Shown in pieces: positions 27,701 through 42,334 of a DNA stretch of 64,000 nucleotides. The notes below the pieces were generated by a model, which was not told the DNA's origin, made no database searches, and saw only the letters and a program-made list of their open reading frames with translations. Position 1 is the stretch's first letter. Each line of letters starts with the position of its first letter. Position numbers and translations under genes: made by a program. This DNA comes from Flaccisagitta enflata (Eukaryota). The stretch lies in NCBI GenBank assembly GCA_965153355.1, contig OZ231126.1, positions 39,556,001 through 39,620,000 on the forward strand, read 5' to 3'.

Positions 27701-29125
27701 CTCCCTTTAATGAAAATGGTTAGAACCACTATATTCTGTTGCTTCCAGCCCTCCTTTCCAATGCCCGCCCTCCCTTTCATGAAAATGGGTTAAACCATGC
27801 CTTGTTGCTTTCAGCCCTCCCTTCCAATGCCTGCCCTCCCTTCTTCTATGAAAATGGTTAGAACCATATTTTGTTGCTTCCAGCCTCCCTTCCAATGCCC
27901 GCCCTCCCTATCATGAAAATGGTTAGAACCATATTTTGTTGCTTCCAGCCCTCCCTTCCAATGCCCGCCCTCCCTTTCATGAAAATGGTTAGAACCATAT
28001 TCTGTTGCTTCCAGCCCTTCCAATGCCTGCCCTCCCTTTTATGAAAATGGTTAGAACCATATTTTGCTGCCTCCAGCCCTCCCTCCCAATGCCCGCCCTC
28101 CCTTATGAGAAATGTTAGAACCATATTTTGTTGCTTCCAGCTCTCCTTCCAATGCCTGCCCTCCTTTCTCATGAAATGGTTAGAACTATACCTGTTGCTC
28201 AGCCCTTTCCACAATGCTCCGCCTCCTTTCTGCTTAAATGGGCTAAACCATTTTGCTGCTTCCAGCACTTCTCAAACCTGCCCCTCCTTTACCAAAAATA
28301 GTTGTAATCACCCTGTTGCTTCCAGCCTCTCCTTCCAATGCCTGCCTCCTTTATGAAAAATGGTTGAAACCCATGTTTTGTTGCTTCAGCCCTCCTCCAA
28401 CCCCCTCCCTTTACCAAAAAGGTTGTAATCAAATTCTGCTGTTTCAGCCCTCCTTCCAATGCCTGCCTCTTTCTGATGAAAATGGTTAAAACCATATTTT
28501 GTTGCTTTTCAGCTCTCCCTTCCAATGCCTGCCCTCCCTTTCATGGAAATGGTTAGAACTACATTTTGTTGCTTCCAGCCTTCCTTCCAATGCCTGCCCT
28601 CCTTTCATGAAATGGTTAGAACCATATTTTGCTGCTTTCTAGCCCTTCAATGCTCAGCTCTTAATGAAAATGGTTAGAACCATATTCTGTTGAGCTTCCA
28701 GCTCCTCCTTTTCCAATGCCCAGCCTCTTTCATGAAAATGGTTAAACCATTTTGTTGCTTTCTGTCTCCCTTCCAATGCCTGGCCTCCTTTCTCTATAAA
28801 GATGGCAACTATATTCTGTTGCTTCAGGCCCTTTCTATGCCTGCCCTTCCTTTTCTTCCAGAAAATGGTTAGAACCATATTTTGTTGCTTTTAGCCAGCC
28901 TCCTTCCAATGCCCGCCTCCCTTACACATGAAAATGTGTTAAACCATATTTTGCTGTTTCCAGCACTCCCCCTCAAACCTGCCCTCCCTTTACTAAAAAA
29001 GGTTGTAATCAAATTTGGTTGCTTCCAGCCCTCCCTTCTAATGCCCGCCCTCCTATTCATGAAAATATGTTAAACCATATTTTGTTGCTTCCAGCACTCC
29101 CCCCCAAACCCGCCCTCCCTTTACC
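24770..29125. repeat. Tandem satellite, 66-bp unit, roughly 60-65 copies
   Basis: Unit AAAATGGTTAGAACCATATTTTGTTGCTTCCAGCCCTCCCTTCCAATGCCCGCCCTCCCTTTCATG repeats directly; produces the spurious 22-aa repeat ORFs. Confidence 0.95.
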
Positions 29126-31934
29126 TTTCTTCTCAAAGACGTGCGTCATTGATTGCAACCTAAACATACATTTTTTCTGTATTTAAAAGGCTGTACCCCT
29201 CAGTAAGTTGACAGGTAGGTTGTTTGGATGGTCTGCTGGCAACACGTTTGTTTGAGTATCCCTTTGTTGGTCATACTTATCTCATGAAAAAAAGAGGAAA
29301 GAAACGGCCATTCTCAGAAGAAAAGATTTGACCATTTCCATTAAAGAACTCAATGTAATAATTCATTCATTCATTCAACCACTCATCCATTCATCCATCC
29401 ATCCATTCATCCATTAAATCATTCAATCATTCAATCATTCAATCACTCAATCATTCAATCATTCAATCACTCAATCATTCAATCATTCATTCAACATTCC
29501 ATTCTTGGTGTAGAATCGCGTAGCATGCAACTAAAAATGAAACAGGTCGCCTAAGGGCAATATGTGGTTAGCAATACTCGTTGCCCTGTTTACATGAATA
29601 TGAATTGAGAGAGGAAGCAGGGCAGCGGCCCTGAAGGGGATGAAGTCCTACAGAACACAAGGACTTGTTCGTCATTTGGTTCATCCATTCAGCTGGGGAG
29701 AGAGTAAATTTCAGGCCTGAGGAGGGGAGCGACAATGTACAAACTGATGAACAAAAGTCCTGTGTTCTACAGGACTTTGTCCTCTTTGAGGCTGCTGAGT
29801 TATTACCATAGTGTATCATGGGAAATATAAAAAAATTGAAAGAAATACGAATCCTATGATATAACATGGGAAATGTTCTACAGTGCATCGTCCCTTTCAC
29901 GGTTGCTGCGAAAAAGGCAGAATCATTGAGAAGCAAACCTCATCAAAAAACAAGGTCAGATACACGGCAAGACAGTGGCGGACTGTTGGGCAGGAGCAAT
30001 AATGCAAGAACCGCTGGCAATTTAGAAATATCTAAGACCAACGGATGGATGGATGGATGGATGGACAGACCTACACGGCAAGGTGTAGAGTTGCATGTCC
30101 GCGACTAAAAATAGAAAAAAAAAACAAAAAGAACAAACAATTGTTTAATAGCTGTTATTTCTTTGATACTGGTAAAAGGAATGTGTAAAAAAAAATGAAT
30201 TTTTTTAGTTTAAAAACAGAAAGATTTTGAACATATTGATATATTTCTTTTTAAAGATGGCTCTGAAACAGCAACACATAAAAATTCAGGTGTCTTACCA
30301 TAATTTTGTTTCCTTCTGTTCCAAATTGTTTATTAGGGTGAAAATAGGGTAACACTCGAATCTTGTCTCCCTGTGTCCATTTCCATCATAGATAATGACT
30401 CTGAAATTTGGCGAGGATCAGATAATGTTTACTCATGACTGCCACCCCACCCCCTTTTCCATCAAAAAAGATAGGGAACCTAAATGGCCAGAATCTTTCT
30501 CATACATTTTCTATGGGATACAAGGGGGTGACGTTCATGAGTAAACTTTATCTGATCATCACCCGATTTCAGAGTTTTGATGGAAATGGACACATTTCTT
30601 CCACGAGGAAGATGAGATTCAAGTTTTACCATATTTTCATTCACCCTATTATTTATTTCATAGACTAAGAAACCAAGGAAAATACAGGAATTTGAGCATT
30701 GGTAATGTACACTCCTCAGTGGTTTCCAAAAATCAGTCACAATCTAGGAAATCATTCATCAGCATATTCCGTTTGGTATAGAAGTTGCAAATCTATTTTT
30801 TCCTTTCTGGGCTGTTTTTGTGGCACTAAGAATCGGAAGTTGACGTTATCATCCAGCTTTGCTATGGCAGCTTCCAGATCATGGCGAGCAAAGCTATAAA
30901 AAGGAGAGAGTGATATATTATGTAAAGCGGGGCCTAAATATCAGCATGGATAGGGGGGCAAGTGCCTACAATCTCAACCCCCCTCCCCCAGACAGCCAAT
31001 CGCGCCTCTTAGATGGACATTTTGCAATTCTTAACTCAAGCTTGACTGAATTACCTACAGTCTGCAATTAGATATGTTAAAGTATGTAGGATACTTAAGT
31101 AAGTTTTCAGTTACATGCTATGATAGTTGGACAACATTACTACTCAACAACATCTAAAATAAGGACAGAGCCTTTGGAGCTCCTACTGGTGTTTAATCCA
31201 GACCCATCACAATTATGCTACTCTATAACCCACTTTTGGTCCATTGGTCCGTCAGTTGGTTGTTCCTTTGGTCGGTTTGTCACAAAGTTGTTTTAAAGGG
31301 ATTTTAAATGTTTAAAAGCATAAGAATGTGTTAAAATCATTTTAAAGGTTTTTGTAGGCCTTCATAAGCCTCTGTTGGTCGGACCGTTTGTCCGTCCGTC
31401 CACCACAAATCTTTTAGGCTTTTTATCGCATTTTTGATGTCTCTGAATTGTGGAAAAGAAACTTGGATGAGCAAAATGCCAGATCAAAAGTGCTTTTTAA
31501 AAAAAAAATGTAGGTCTAGTGACCTTGTTCGATTATGGTCCAACAGATGTATTTACAGAGAGAGAGGTGAGCCTTCCTTTGTTATGCCATAGACAAACAT
31601 TTGAAACATAATGAGATCCATTTCTTCGTGGTTTGGGCAAAAGTAAAGTGTTTGAAAAACATCAATCCAGAAGCCTCGCTTTGGGTTTTTCTTTTTGAAA
31701 CACTTGTTTATGTAGCTCGTCATGATGGCATGCAGGTAATGGGTGTAGTCTGAGAAAAATATTGATTATTGGTAAAACGGTTAGATGGTGGTTGGACATG
31801 AGCTGTGTATGAAGAAATGCGATGGTGAAAGAGGCACCTGCCTATCACATTTTGTTCAGCCACATTTTGTTCAGCCTTCTATGGCCTAAAGTCTGGACTC
31901 TTAAGCCCCAAATCAGTTCTGTTGAGTTTTAATA

Positions 31935-32358
31935 AACGAAGCCAACACCTTGCAGTCGCGTGCGGGACATAAATAACTTAATATGACTTTGAATGACTCA
32001 GGATGACTTTAAATGACTCAAGATGACCCAAAATGACTTAAAAAGACTAAAAATGACTTAAACAACCAAATTGACCTGATTGACTTAAGTGATTCGATGT
32101 AGCGTAACATGACTTAAAATGACTTAGAATGACTCAGAATGACTTAGAATGACTTAGAATGACTTAGAATAACTTAGAATAACTTAGAATGGCTTAGAAT
32201 GACTTAGAATAACTTAGAATGACTTAAAATGACCTAAAGTATAATCAAAAAGTAAAGTGTGAAGGACCAATGGACAGACCGACAGACGGATGGACAGACA
32301 GACGGACAAACCGACAGACCGGCAAAGCGGGGTGTAGAGTCGCGTAGCACGCAACTAA
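31935..32358 (-). mobile_element. DINE-1/HINE-like element with (GACTTAGAAT)n array
   Basis: Reverse-complement termini of the 14209 type; 10-bp array plus GACA/GACG microsatellite. Confidence 0.75.
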
Positions 32359-32651
32359 AAATGGCGACTGACCACCTTACGCTTTAGCAACCTGTAAATC
32401 ATTTATGTGTTTGCTGACCCTCTGCTCCTGCCCAAATGGCCAAGTGACTAAAATACTGCCCCTGCCATCCACAAACAACTGGGGTATCCATGTATCCCCT
32501 TTCCACATTTATATGGTTTTAGGTAATAGAATCGAATATGGCATAAAACTGTTGTTTTTTAAAACAAAATAGGTAAGGTTGAATCATTCTCTAACCCTTG
32601 ATATAAGTCCAGGGTTAGATGCTAAAGTAGGGGAAAAAACATAAGTGTCAG

Positions 32652-33316
32652 CAGGGGCGTATTTGAGCCCAAATTTTTGGGGCAGCAAGCCAAAATCTGT
32701 GTCCCAACAAGTCTTGTGTCCCAATGATTTTTCTATTACTTATGTAGCCAAAAATGCAACTAATATTATTTATTAGTATTGCTTCATAATGTTACTATTG
32801 TGTTATCATATAAAAGAAAGTCTTGCTTTACTACAGTGGAAAATGTTTACTATTCAAAGCATAAACAAGCCCAAGGATAATGTTTTGTCATATGATGTGG
32901 CATGTGCAACAATTCATCATATGTAAATCTCATTCAATTATCAAAAACGGAAACAGGACCTGAAGAAGCATAGTTTTTGTCAAAAATTCTATCACATTTG
33001 GAGCATTGTACTTTTCACATCTTGGGGTAAAGCGGAATCGTTTTCTATCAGACTTCTTAAAAGAGAATTTCAATTTTTTGGTGAAAACTTGAAAATGAGT
33101 AATGATTCAGATCGATTTGGATGATGAATAAATGGCTGAGGGGATGAATAGGCTTTGTAGATTGATCCCATAAAACCCCATTGTATTACAGCTGGAAAAA
33201 CATTTGGAACCTCCTCTTCTCTCTTCTCTGTGTCTCTCTTCATTTGTGTCCCATGGGCTGAGCTCCCCAATGGGGCAGCAGCTGCTGCCCCTGACGCCCC
33301 GTCAAATACGCCCCTG
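32652..33316. mobile_element. hAT-type non-autonomous DNA transposon
   Basis: Perfect 15-bp TIR CAGGGGCGTATTTGA / TCAAATACGCCCCTG; perfect 8-bp TSD AGTGTCAG (32644-32651, 33317-33324). Confidence 0.92.
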
Positions 33317-34929
33317 AGTGTCAGAGTACGGGATGGACTAAAAAAGGCAGTTTTCATATTTCCAGGAAAATGGCGCCAAAATGCTCTTCTTTAGCCTCAT
33401 ATTTGATAAAAAAAATTTGGGGCATTTAAATGATTCACTATGAGACCAACAAGAAATGATTATATCGATACATGTCTAAGCATCCAAATAGAAAAAAAAA
33501 TCATGCATATGAGCATAGCTGCTCATCTGGAAATGTGTTCTCCAGTAATTTTGCTCATTTTGCTCTTATTTTGATCAATTAGCTCAATCTTTTTTTTCCT
33601 TGTTAGAATGAGATCAATAAGACATATATAATGCTGCATGTTTGAAGGTGTGAGGGTTTTTTTTAATTTTGTTGCTCACTTACCCTGTTGGAAGCAATTT
33701 TTTTGACTAAAACGGGCTATCTGATGATTCCGTTTTTTTTTATGTATTACAATGTCTCTGCATTGCTGTAATATCACCTTAGTCATATACAATATAATAC
33801 AGCACATTTTGAATTTATTGTAATATTTTACAGTTCTTGGAACTTTTCCCTATAGCCAAAGCTAGCTTTTATGGTAGTAATGTTCCGCCTCATTGAAATA
33901 GTTATACAGGATACCATATTCTTGCAAATGGAAGGGTAGGGGAGTACATTTTCTGTCTTCCCTCACACGCCTATATACAATCCCTGGCATCTTAAATTCG
34001 GTCTTAAAACTTTGACATGAGCATAAGTTATTTACCAACAAACAACCATCAGCAGACTGACAAGAAAGGCTTTGTGGAGATTGGCCAACTCTTAAGAATT
34101 TTGCCCTCATGGGGAAAGTCGCCATGCCGGTAATGGAAGAGGGCAATGTTCAAGGCTTACCAATTTTCATACTGCATCTTGGCAAATGTTGTTTTGATCG
34201 CTGTCCGTGTAGAATTTCTGATAGGTCGTCATTGATTATTTATTGAAAATTTCTGTTTTGGCAAGAGAAAGCAAACATGAATTGTAGGCGTTTAGCAAAA
34301 GACTGGGCATGCTACAGGGCTACAGCCCCATAGAGCCATTCTGTATTTCTTCAAATATTCAATTCTTGATTTAAAGAAAAAATTGAATCATAAAAACATG
34401 AAATATGAATTCATGTTAGATTTTATGAGTTGAGCTTGATGCTCCCATGTTCTTATTTTTTATAAGAGACTATGCTTTATTCTCTTGGATAAAACATGAG
34501 TCCGAAATGCAACATGATTCCTCATTTAATCCTATCAAAATGATGAAAATAAAGTAGGGTCCAATTTGGATGAACTATCATCCTAATACTTGATATTCTC
34601 GCAATCTAACTTGATCATTACTTGGATGGGTCACCATCCTAATCTTTTCATTAGTACGTAGATGGGTTCCCGTCCTACACCCTTTCACATAGCTTCTAAG
34701 AGACTGAAGACTTAAAACAGTGCAGCTCGCTTAATTGGTCATCCATAGCCCTGGTTTAAGGAAGGAAAAAAAAGAGAACGGTTCATACATAATGAAATAT
34801 GAAGAGATTTGAAAAATGACATCCCGTCAAAATTTAAGAGGTATTTCTCACTTGAGTCAAGGCCATTTAGGAGCCATATTCAAGGAGCTCCAACAAGGAT
34901 AGAGTAGTAGAAGGAAAGAAATAAGGAGT

Positions 34930-35345
34930 AAAAGGATGCGAAGAAAGAATAGACAAAGAAGAAGAGGAAGAAAAAGAAAAAGAAAAGAAAAGAAAAGAAA
35001 AGAAAAGAAAAGAAAAGAGAAGAGAAGAGAAGAGAAGAGAAGAGAAGAGAAGAGAAGAGAAGAAGAAGAAGAAGAAGCAGGAAAAGAAAAAGAAAAAGAA
35101 AAAGAAAAAGAAAAGAAAAGAAAAGAAAAGAAAAGAAAAGAAAAGAAAAGAAAAGAAAAGAAAAGAAAAAGAAAAAGAAAAAGAAAAAGAAAAGAAAAGA
35201 AAAGAAAAGAGAAGAAGAAGAAGAAGAAGAAGAAGAAGAAGAAGGAAAAGAAGAAGGAAGATAAAAGGAAGATAAAGGACAAGAAAAAGAAGATGAAGAG
35301 GACAGCGAACAAGAAGAGTGGGCAAAAGAAGAAGGGAAAGAGGAG
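34930..35345. repeat. Polypurine (AAAAG)n/(AGAAG)n/(AAG)n compound microsatellite
   Basis: Directly visible. Confidence 0.95.
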
Positions 35346-35593
35346 GGACGTGTCAGTGACCTAAATACAAAATTTGAAAGCATTTTCATTTTTTGACATG
35401 AACACGTGAGCAAAAACGGCGCCAGAAAGGGACTAACTTAAATAGGGCGCATTCTGTTCTCTCAATCTCTCTCTTTTTTTTCGGTCTCGTGAGCGAGATC
35501 TCGTGAATTTACAACCCTTCACTAATTCAGCATACGCGGACGTGGAGATTTATGAGTGATATATCTAGAACCACTTGTCACTCATTTACATTT

Positions 35594-36182
35594 TTAGTCG
35601 CGGACACGCGACTCTACACCTTGCCGTGTCGGTCGGTAGGTCGGTCCGTCGGTCGGACCGTCACATTTTTGAATTCCGAGCGGTTTTCGCATTACTGCTC
35701 CTGCCCAACCGTCCGCGACTGGATTGCCGTGTATCCGGCCTTGTTCTTAGTCGCGTGCATACGACTCTACAACCCGCTTTGTCCGTCGGTCGGTTGGTTG
35801 GTTGGTCGGTCGGTCAAACTTTACTTTTATGATTTTATTTCTTTGACCTCACTGCTCCTGCCCAAATGATCTGGTGACCTCAAATATGGCCCCTGCCCAC
35901 CCGCACGCGACTTCGGTAGCCGTGTATCCGGCCTTGTTTTATCAGCACAAACCTCTTTTCTTTTTCCTTCCTCTGCCGTTTGTTTCCCAATTCTTTTGTA
36001 CATTTTTTAGTCGTGTGCACGCCGCTTTACAACCCGCGTTGTCTGTCCGTCCGTCCGTCCGTCCGTCCGTTTGCCTGTCTCATTTATATTTTTTCTATAT
36101 TTTTGCGGTCTTTTTGCCTCCCCGCTCATGCCCAATTTCTTTAGTGACCTTAAATACTGCCCCTGCCCAACCGCACGCGACT
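35594..36182 (+). mobile_element. Cluster of three same-orientation DINE-1/HINE-like elements (35594-35745, 35747-35938, 36007-36182)
   Basis: Three successive TTAGTCG(C/T)G starts; the first two end GTATCCGGCCTTGTT and are separated by one base. Confidence 0.8.
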
Positions 36183-36318
36183 TCTTTATTTCTTTTTCAT
36201 AATCCTATCTTTTTTCTTTTCACTGCTATGTCTTTGCCTTTACCTCTTTCTTTTCAACTCATGCTACCTTTCTTTCTTTATTCTTAATCCACCTTTCCTT
36301 ATTCTGTATAAGTGTCTA

Positions 36319-36377
<59 letters not shown>

Positions 36378-36934
36378 TTAGTTTTGTCTTTTGTTTCACT
36401 TTCACTCCCTCATTAATCTCTTTTTTTTTTCTTTGAATCGTAAAATGATCATCGTTCAGAAAAGGGGGAGGGACTTTTCATAGAAGGAATTTTTATGATC
36501 CAAAACAAAAAGACAAGTCAAAATCGTTAAACTGTTTTTTTTTTCAATGAGGAATGTTTTCAGGCAAAAGTGAAAATAAATCCAATTGAGACAATCGAAA
36601 GCCAATTTCACCTTGTCTGCCTTTTTCTCTGTCTTTTTTGTCTGTCTTCTTCTCTGTCTCTATCTTGTTTCTGTCTGTTCGGTTGTATCATCTGCCTATC
36701 TATCGATATCTTTTTTACCATTTGCTGGTTTTATAACTTTTCAATCTGTTTGTCTAACAGAACTCATTCACAAAGATCCTCGTGATATCTACCACTATTT
36801 TTGCTGGTCTAGCTGTTTTCTTGTACCTTTCAAAATCCTGGAATTCTGTCCCCTTGTTTCTTATTGTCTCTCCAGTCTTAACACCTGTCTGTTCTCTAGT
36901 GCCCATTTATCTACACAACTTTTTCTGTCTGTCT

Positions 36935-37017
<83 letters not shown>

Positions 37018-37299
37018 TCTTTTTGTTCTTTTTTCTTTTCACACTTACCGTATAAGATCAAGTAAAAACATTATAATTTTGGAAGCCCGCTCTTGTTTGA
37101 TGAAAAGTTCCTGTCATCAGATCATCACTCACTAAAATCGATTTCAGAACATCCAATTTAAATCAGAATTGGATAAGATAAAGAATTCGGATGACCCCAG
37201 TAGAATTGCTTTGTTTTCTTCTGTTTGTGTTTCTGTTTGTTTGTCTGTATCTGTCTTTGTTTCGGCGATTCCGAGTTTCTGTTTTCTGTCTTTTCTGTC

Positions 37300-37910
<611 letters not shown>

Positions 37911-38448
37911 CCTACCCAACAATCCATAAGTAATTCTTCATCGATAACCCATATAGGCTTATTTTGCAGTTTGTGTGATCGCTTGTTTGTTTCTCGCTTT
38001 TGTCTTTCCTTCTCCTTCATATTTTGTGTTTGCGGTTATTTAAGATCGTGCCGGGTTGAAATATCTGTCTAATCGACTTATAGTTAGAGACGGCACATGA
38101 GCTCCTGAATGATGGACGGATTAACGATTGGTATGAAAACTGAAGACTGTGGATTGGCACTTCAAAATTTAAATGAGACTTTGAGGTATTCAAATGGATG
38201 ACATTCCACTGATCATCAAGTTTGACACGTCACACCCACAAAACAATGCTTGTCTGTGTGTCTACCTATCTTATAGAAAAGCAGCGAATTTTTTTACGCA
38301 TCATCAACTAGGTATCTAAAAAAGACTTGATCCATTCACCATTTTCAGCTTTGACCCCCGAAGAGTCAATAACAATCCGCATGTGAACTTATGCTGTAGC
38401 ATTTTTTGTGTGTGTTGAACAATCATGCAAAACTTTTTTTTTCTCAAC

Positions 38449-38697
38449 AAGAAGGCCAACACCTTACAGTCGCGTGCGGTTGTTAAGATCATAAGACTGA
38501 AAGACAAAAAGACCAAAAGACTAAAAGACCAAAAGACTAAATGTAAATTGACCTAAATGACTTTAGATAACTTAAAATGACATAAAATGACTTAAAATCA
38601 CGTAAAACGACAAAAAAAAGCTAAACGTTACGGATGGACGGACAGGCGGACCGACCGACGGACAGAGTGGGTCATAGAGTCGTATGCACGCGACTAA
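38449..38697 (-). mobile_element. DINE-1/HINE-like element
   Basis: AAGGCCAACACCTTACAGTCGCGTGCG ... GAGTCGTATGCACGCGACTAA with internal AAAGAC/AAATGAC repeats. Confidence 0.7.
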
Positions 38698-39059
38698 GAA
38701 TAATATTATTTTATGGCCTGTATAGTGATCAGCTAAGGAATCCGGGCTTCTGATCCATATGTGACCTGCGTCTCTCCTGATCGTTGGTCTGCCTGTCTCT
38801 TTGTCTGATTGCTTGTCTGTCTATCTATCTCTCTGAATATCTATCTGTCTCACTGTCTGCATATCTTTCTGTCTTTCTATCTACATAATTCAAACGATCT
38901 CTGTTTCAGCCTGAACTAATTAGAAGTTGAATCAGTTTGGAAACCTGATTCAGCCAATTTTTTAATTTTATTTTAATTCATATTCAACAAAAACCTATTT
39001 TGTGCTTCCATAAACTTGTTTCTAAGATAAGAAAGAGAGAGAGAGAGATAGAGAGAGAG

Positions 39060-39169
<110 letters not shown>

Positions 39170-39475
39170 GGAGAGAAAGAGAGAGAGGAGAGAGTCATAC
39201 ACACAACGACAGTCTCAGACTCACACACAGAACTAAACAAAGAGCCAGACACATGGGAACAATGAGGCAGATTCAACAGCTTGAAAATCGTATCAGAAAA
39301 AATAATATTACTCTGAAAACTTACTTAACTGTTTGTGTTAATAATCATTCAAATCATTGTGTATTCGATCTTAAATTGATTCCTCCCTTGACAAACCTTA
39401 TTTCATTCATCTTCGAACAATTTTCATTATTCCCCCCCCCCTCTCTCTTTATTCATTCGTCCATATGCAAATTAG

Positions 39476-39638
39476 GCAGTGTCGTTCTCAAGAACAGCGT
39501 CCGTGTTCCCACACTTTCTGCCTGTCTGAGACTCGTAATCAACGGCATCCTCACGCGAGTCTCTGCACGGGCAGAGTCGAAGGCCTTCGCATCAATATCT
39601 GCTCCCCATGGTTTCCTGATAGAGCATCATACGAGCAT
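39476..39638 (+). CDS. CUB/mucin-like gene, exon A (start of CUB domain 1); single copy, + strand only
   Basis: Pyrimidine tract then ATTAG acceptor; donor CAT|GTAAGT. Frame QCRSQEQRPCSHTFCLSETRNQRHPHASLCTGRVEGLRINICSPWFPDRASYEH carries the CUB first Cys and an SPxYP-like motif. Ends phase 0, matching exon B. Confidence 0.8.
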
Positions 39639-40293
39639 GTAAGTAAAAAAAAAAAGACGCTCGTTGAAAAATATGGAAGAAGGCCTTGTGAGCCCTCACT
39701 GACTAGTTGCAATGCGCATCACTCTTAGTTTTCCATTTAAGAAAAAACTAACTCGTAAACATCCATTCTGAGTCTAATCCAAAACACCAATGCTTATCAA
39801 AATAGATGAATGATAATGATTATTCGTGTTACCTGGGTTAGCTAAATTCAACAAATCACCCGAGGGTAACATTGTTACGAAGCCATACATTTGAAGGATA
39901 GAATCGAGGTCAAGCTTAAAGCCTTAATGCGACCGCCGGACATTCTTATCCTAGGTACTGAGTAGTATGATAGGTGGAACAATATCCCTCACTATACCCA
40001 AACTGACAGGTGGAGAGACCAAAGCATATATGAACTGATGGATGTATGGATGGATTTGGATTAAGAATCGGAAACTAGATGACGTTCAAAGTCCTTGTTT
40101 TAATTGTAAACATTTATCAAAGACTCTCAGTTTGTTTTATCAAAGACCCTCAGTTTGACTCTCAGTTTGTTTTAATTGTTTTACTTTGTATGATACTTTA
40201 CTGTCCTTTCTCACGGTTGGTTTGTCTGTATGTCTCGGCTCTAACTGGCGCTCTCTCTGTCTCTCTGTCTCTCTGTCTCTCTCTGTCTCTCTG

Positions 40294-40388
<95 letters not shown>

Positions 40389-40998
40389 CGCTCTCTGTCA
40401 CTTTCTATTTCTTACTTATCACGCTTGCTAGTCAAAGTTTAACGACATGAGCTTGATGACTTTTACAGCAGTCGCTCGAGATAACTATTTGCCAAATCTT
40501 CATCAAAATTGACAGAAACATCGCACATTCTTGTTTTCGTAACATACACTAGCCGTCATTATTGTTGAGATTGTCTTTTATTCTGGCAATAAATTGACAT
40601 CTCTTACAAGCAACTACTTATTCTGTGTATCAGTTCACTTTATTCGTAAATAAGAGCGAAAAAAAAACATTAAAGAACTATTTGTCGATAAGATCATACA
40701 CTGAAATTAAACGGACGGATGGGAAGGCGTATGGACGGATGGACTGAAGGATGGACATATGGAAGGATGGACATATGGAAGGATGAATGTAGGGATGGAG
40801 AGACGGACAGTGGATGGACGGATGGATGGACAGACGGAGAGATGGACCAGCAGAGGGAAAATCTGAAAAGCAAATCAAAACAATTTGGAAAAAAAAATTG
40901 TTCCTTGAGATAAATCAAGCCATTGAACAAACAAGTCGGCGCGCATCTACTATCCTTCCTTTTTTAACATGATAATGCTTTTTTGCTCCATTTATCAG

Positions 40999-41087
40999 GG
41001 ATTAAGCTGTTCGTGGACGGTCATTGCTCCAGTCGGTTATCATCTCCAAATTACTTATAAAAAATTTGAAGTTCATTCTGGACCAAG
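40999..41087 (+). CDS. CUB/mucin-like gene, exon B (CUB1 core); single copy, + strand only; too short for the ORF track
   Basis: TTTATCAG| acceptor, AG|GTGAGA donor. Encodes GLSCSWTVIAPVGYHLQITYKKFEVHSGP, matching the CUB C-x-W-x-I-x-AP-x-G...F-E pattern. 89 nt, ends phase 2 and joins exon C as CCA AG|G TCT. Confidence 0.88.
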
Positions 41088-41712
41088 GTGAGAACATTAT
41101 GCAGCATGCCACTTTCATAAATCCTATGTGACATTTGTTGTTGTTTTTTTTATTTGTTGTCGCAGAAATCTATCTATAACTGATTACTTCCTGCGACCAT
41201 TGGAATCGGGTGTTTGAATAAAAGTGCAGTTTTTGTTAAAGAGACAGATGCTCTATGAGTAAAAGATGCCTGACAACTTGGCTGCAGAATTGGCATCTTG
41301 GCTTAATTGCTTCACTTTGACATAGTATTATATCATGTTTTAGAGAATACACGCCCTCATCCTTGAATATTTTGACAATATATTTTTGAATGAGGGAAAA
41401 AGGGAAAATAAGTCTTCCATTTTTACAATAACACAAGTAAGACTTTTTTCTCTTTTACTGTTTTGATTATCTCCTCAACGAACACAAGAAGAGTTTTTTA
41501 TGTACACACATAGCTTTAATATACACACTCACACTGGAGAAAAAAAGCGGTTCTCAGTTTTTTGATGAAAAAAAATCATGAAAGCATCAAATTCATTCCC
41601 TTTCATTTCATAGCCTCTTGTATGTTAAATTTAATGAGACGATTTGAGGCCAAATAGATTGACGATGTGAGGCTATTTTCAAAAAGGGAAAAAAAGGAGA
41701 GAGGAGAATATA

Positions 41713-42187
41713 AACAAGGTCAACAAACCTTAGTCGCGTGGTAATAAGGGTAATAAAAGTAATTAAGGTATTTAAGGTAATAAAGATAATGAAGTTAATT
41801 AAGTACCTATATCTTCCTATAATTACCCACGTTTACCTACAACTACCTGTAAATACCTATAATTACCTACAATTACATTAAATTACCATAAATTATCTAT
41901 AATCACCTATAATTACCCATTATTTCCTATATTTCCTACAATTACCTCAATTTATAGTCCGAGACAACTTTTCTGACTTAAATGATACAGATTACCTATA
42001 TTTACCTATAATTACCTAAAATTACCTAAAATTACCTATAATTACCAAAAATTACCTATAACTACCTTTAATAACCTTCAATAACCTTTAAAACGACTAT
42101 AAAGCCTATATTTCAAAAAAGTTACTGACCGACCGACCGACCGACCGACCGACATAGCGGCTTCTAGAGTCGCGTTCACGCGACTAA
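41713..42187 (-). mobile_element. DINE-1/HINE-like element with a different internal array, (ATTACCTATA)n
   Basis: AACAAGGTCAACAAACCTTAGTCGCGTG ... (GACC)n ... AGTCGCGTTCACGCGACTAA. Confidence 0.75.
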
Positions 42188-42334
42188 GAATGAATGGAAA
42201 TGCAAATATGTTTTGAAAAAAAAAGAATGAATCGTTTCAAAATGTTGAATTTAGAACCAGAAGAAGAAAAGAGCAGAATAAAAACAATTAAAGAAAAGTG
42301 ATAGAAAAGGGGAGATATGTGGAGGAAATGTAAA

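Noticed and set aside
24916-29073. Repetitive ORFs (MKMVRTIFCCFQPSLPMPALPF)n; also considered as a CRISPR-like array
   Set aside because: Contiguous 66-bp satellite with many frameshifts and no unique spacers; eukaryotic context, no cas genes.
33862-34300. Higher-complexity region with a 94-aa ORF
   Set aside because: No recognisable motif in the frames examined; stops nearby.
38109-38185. Possible first coding exon of the CUB gene (MMDGLTIGMKTEDCGLALQNLNETL, phase 2, would join exon A)
   Set aside because: Phase fits, but the donor GTATTC is weak and there is no signal peptide, so it may be chance. Needs transcript data.
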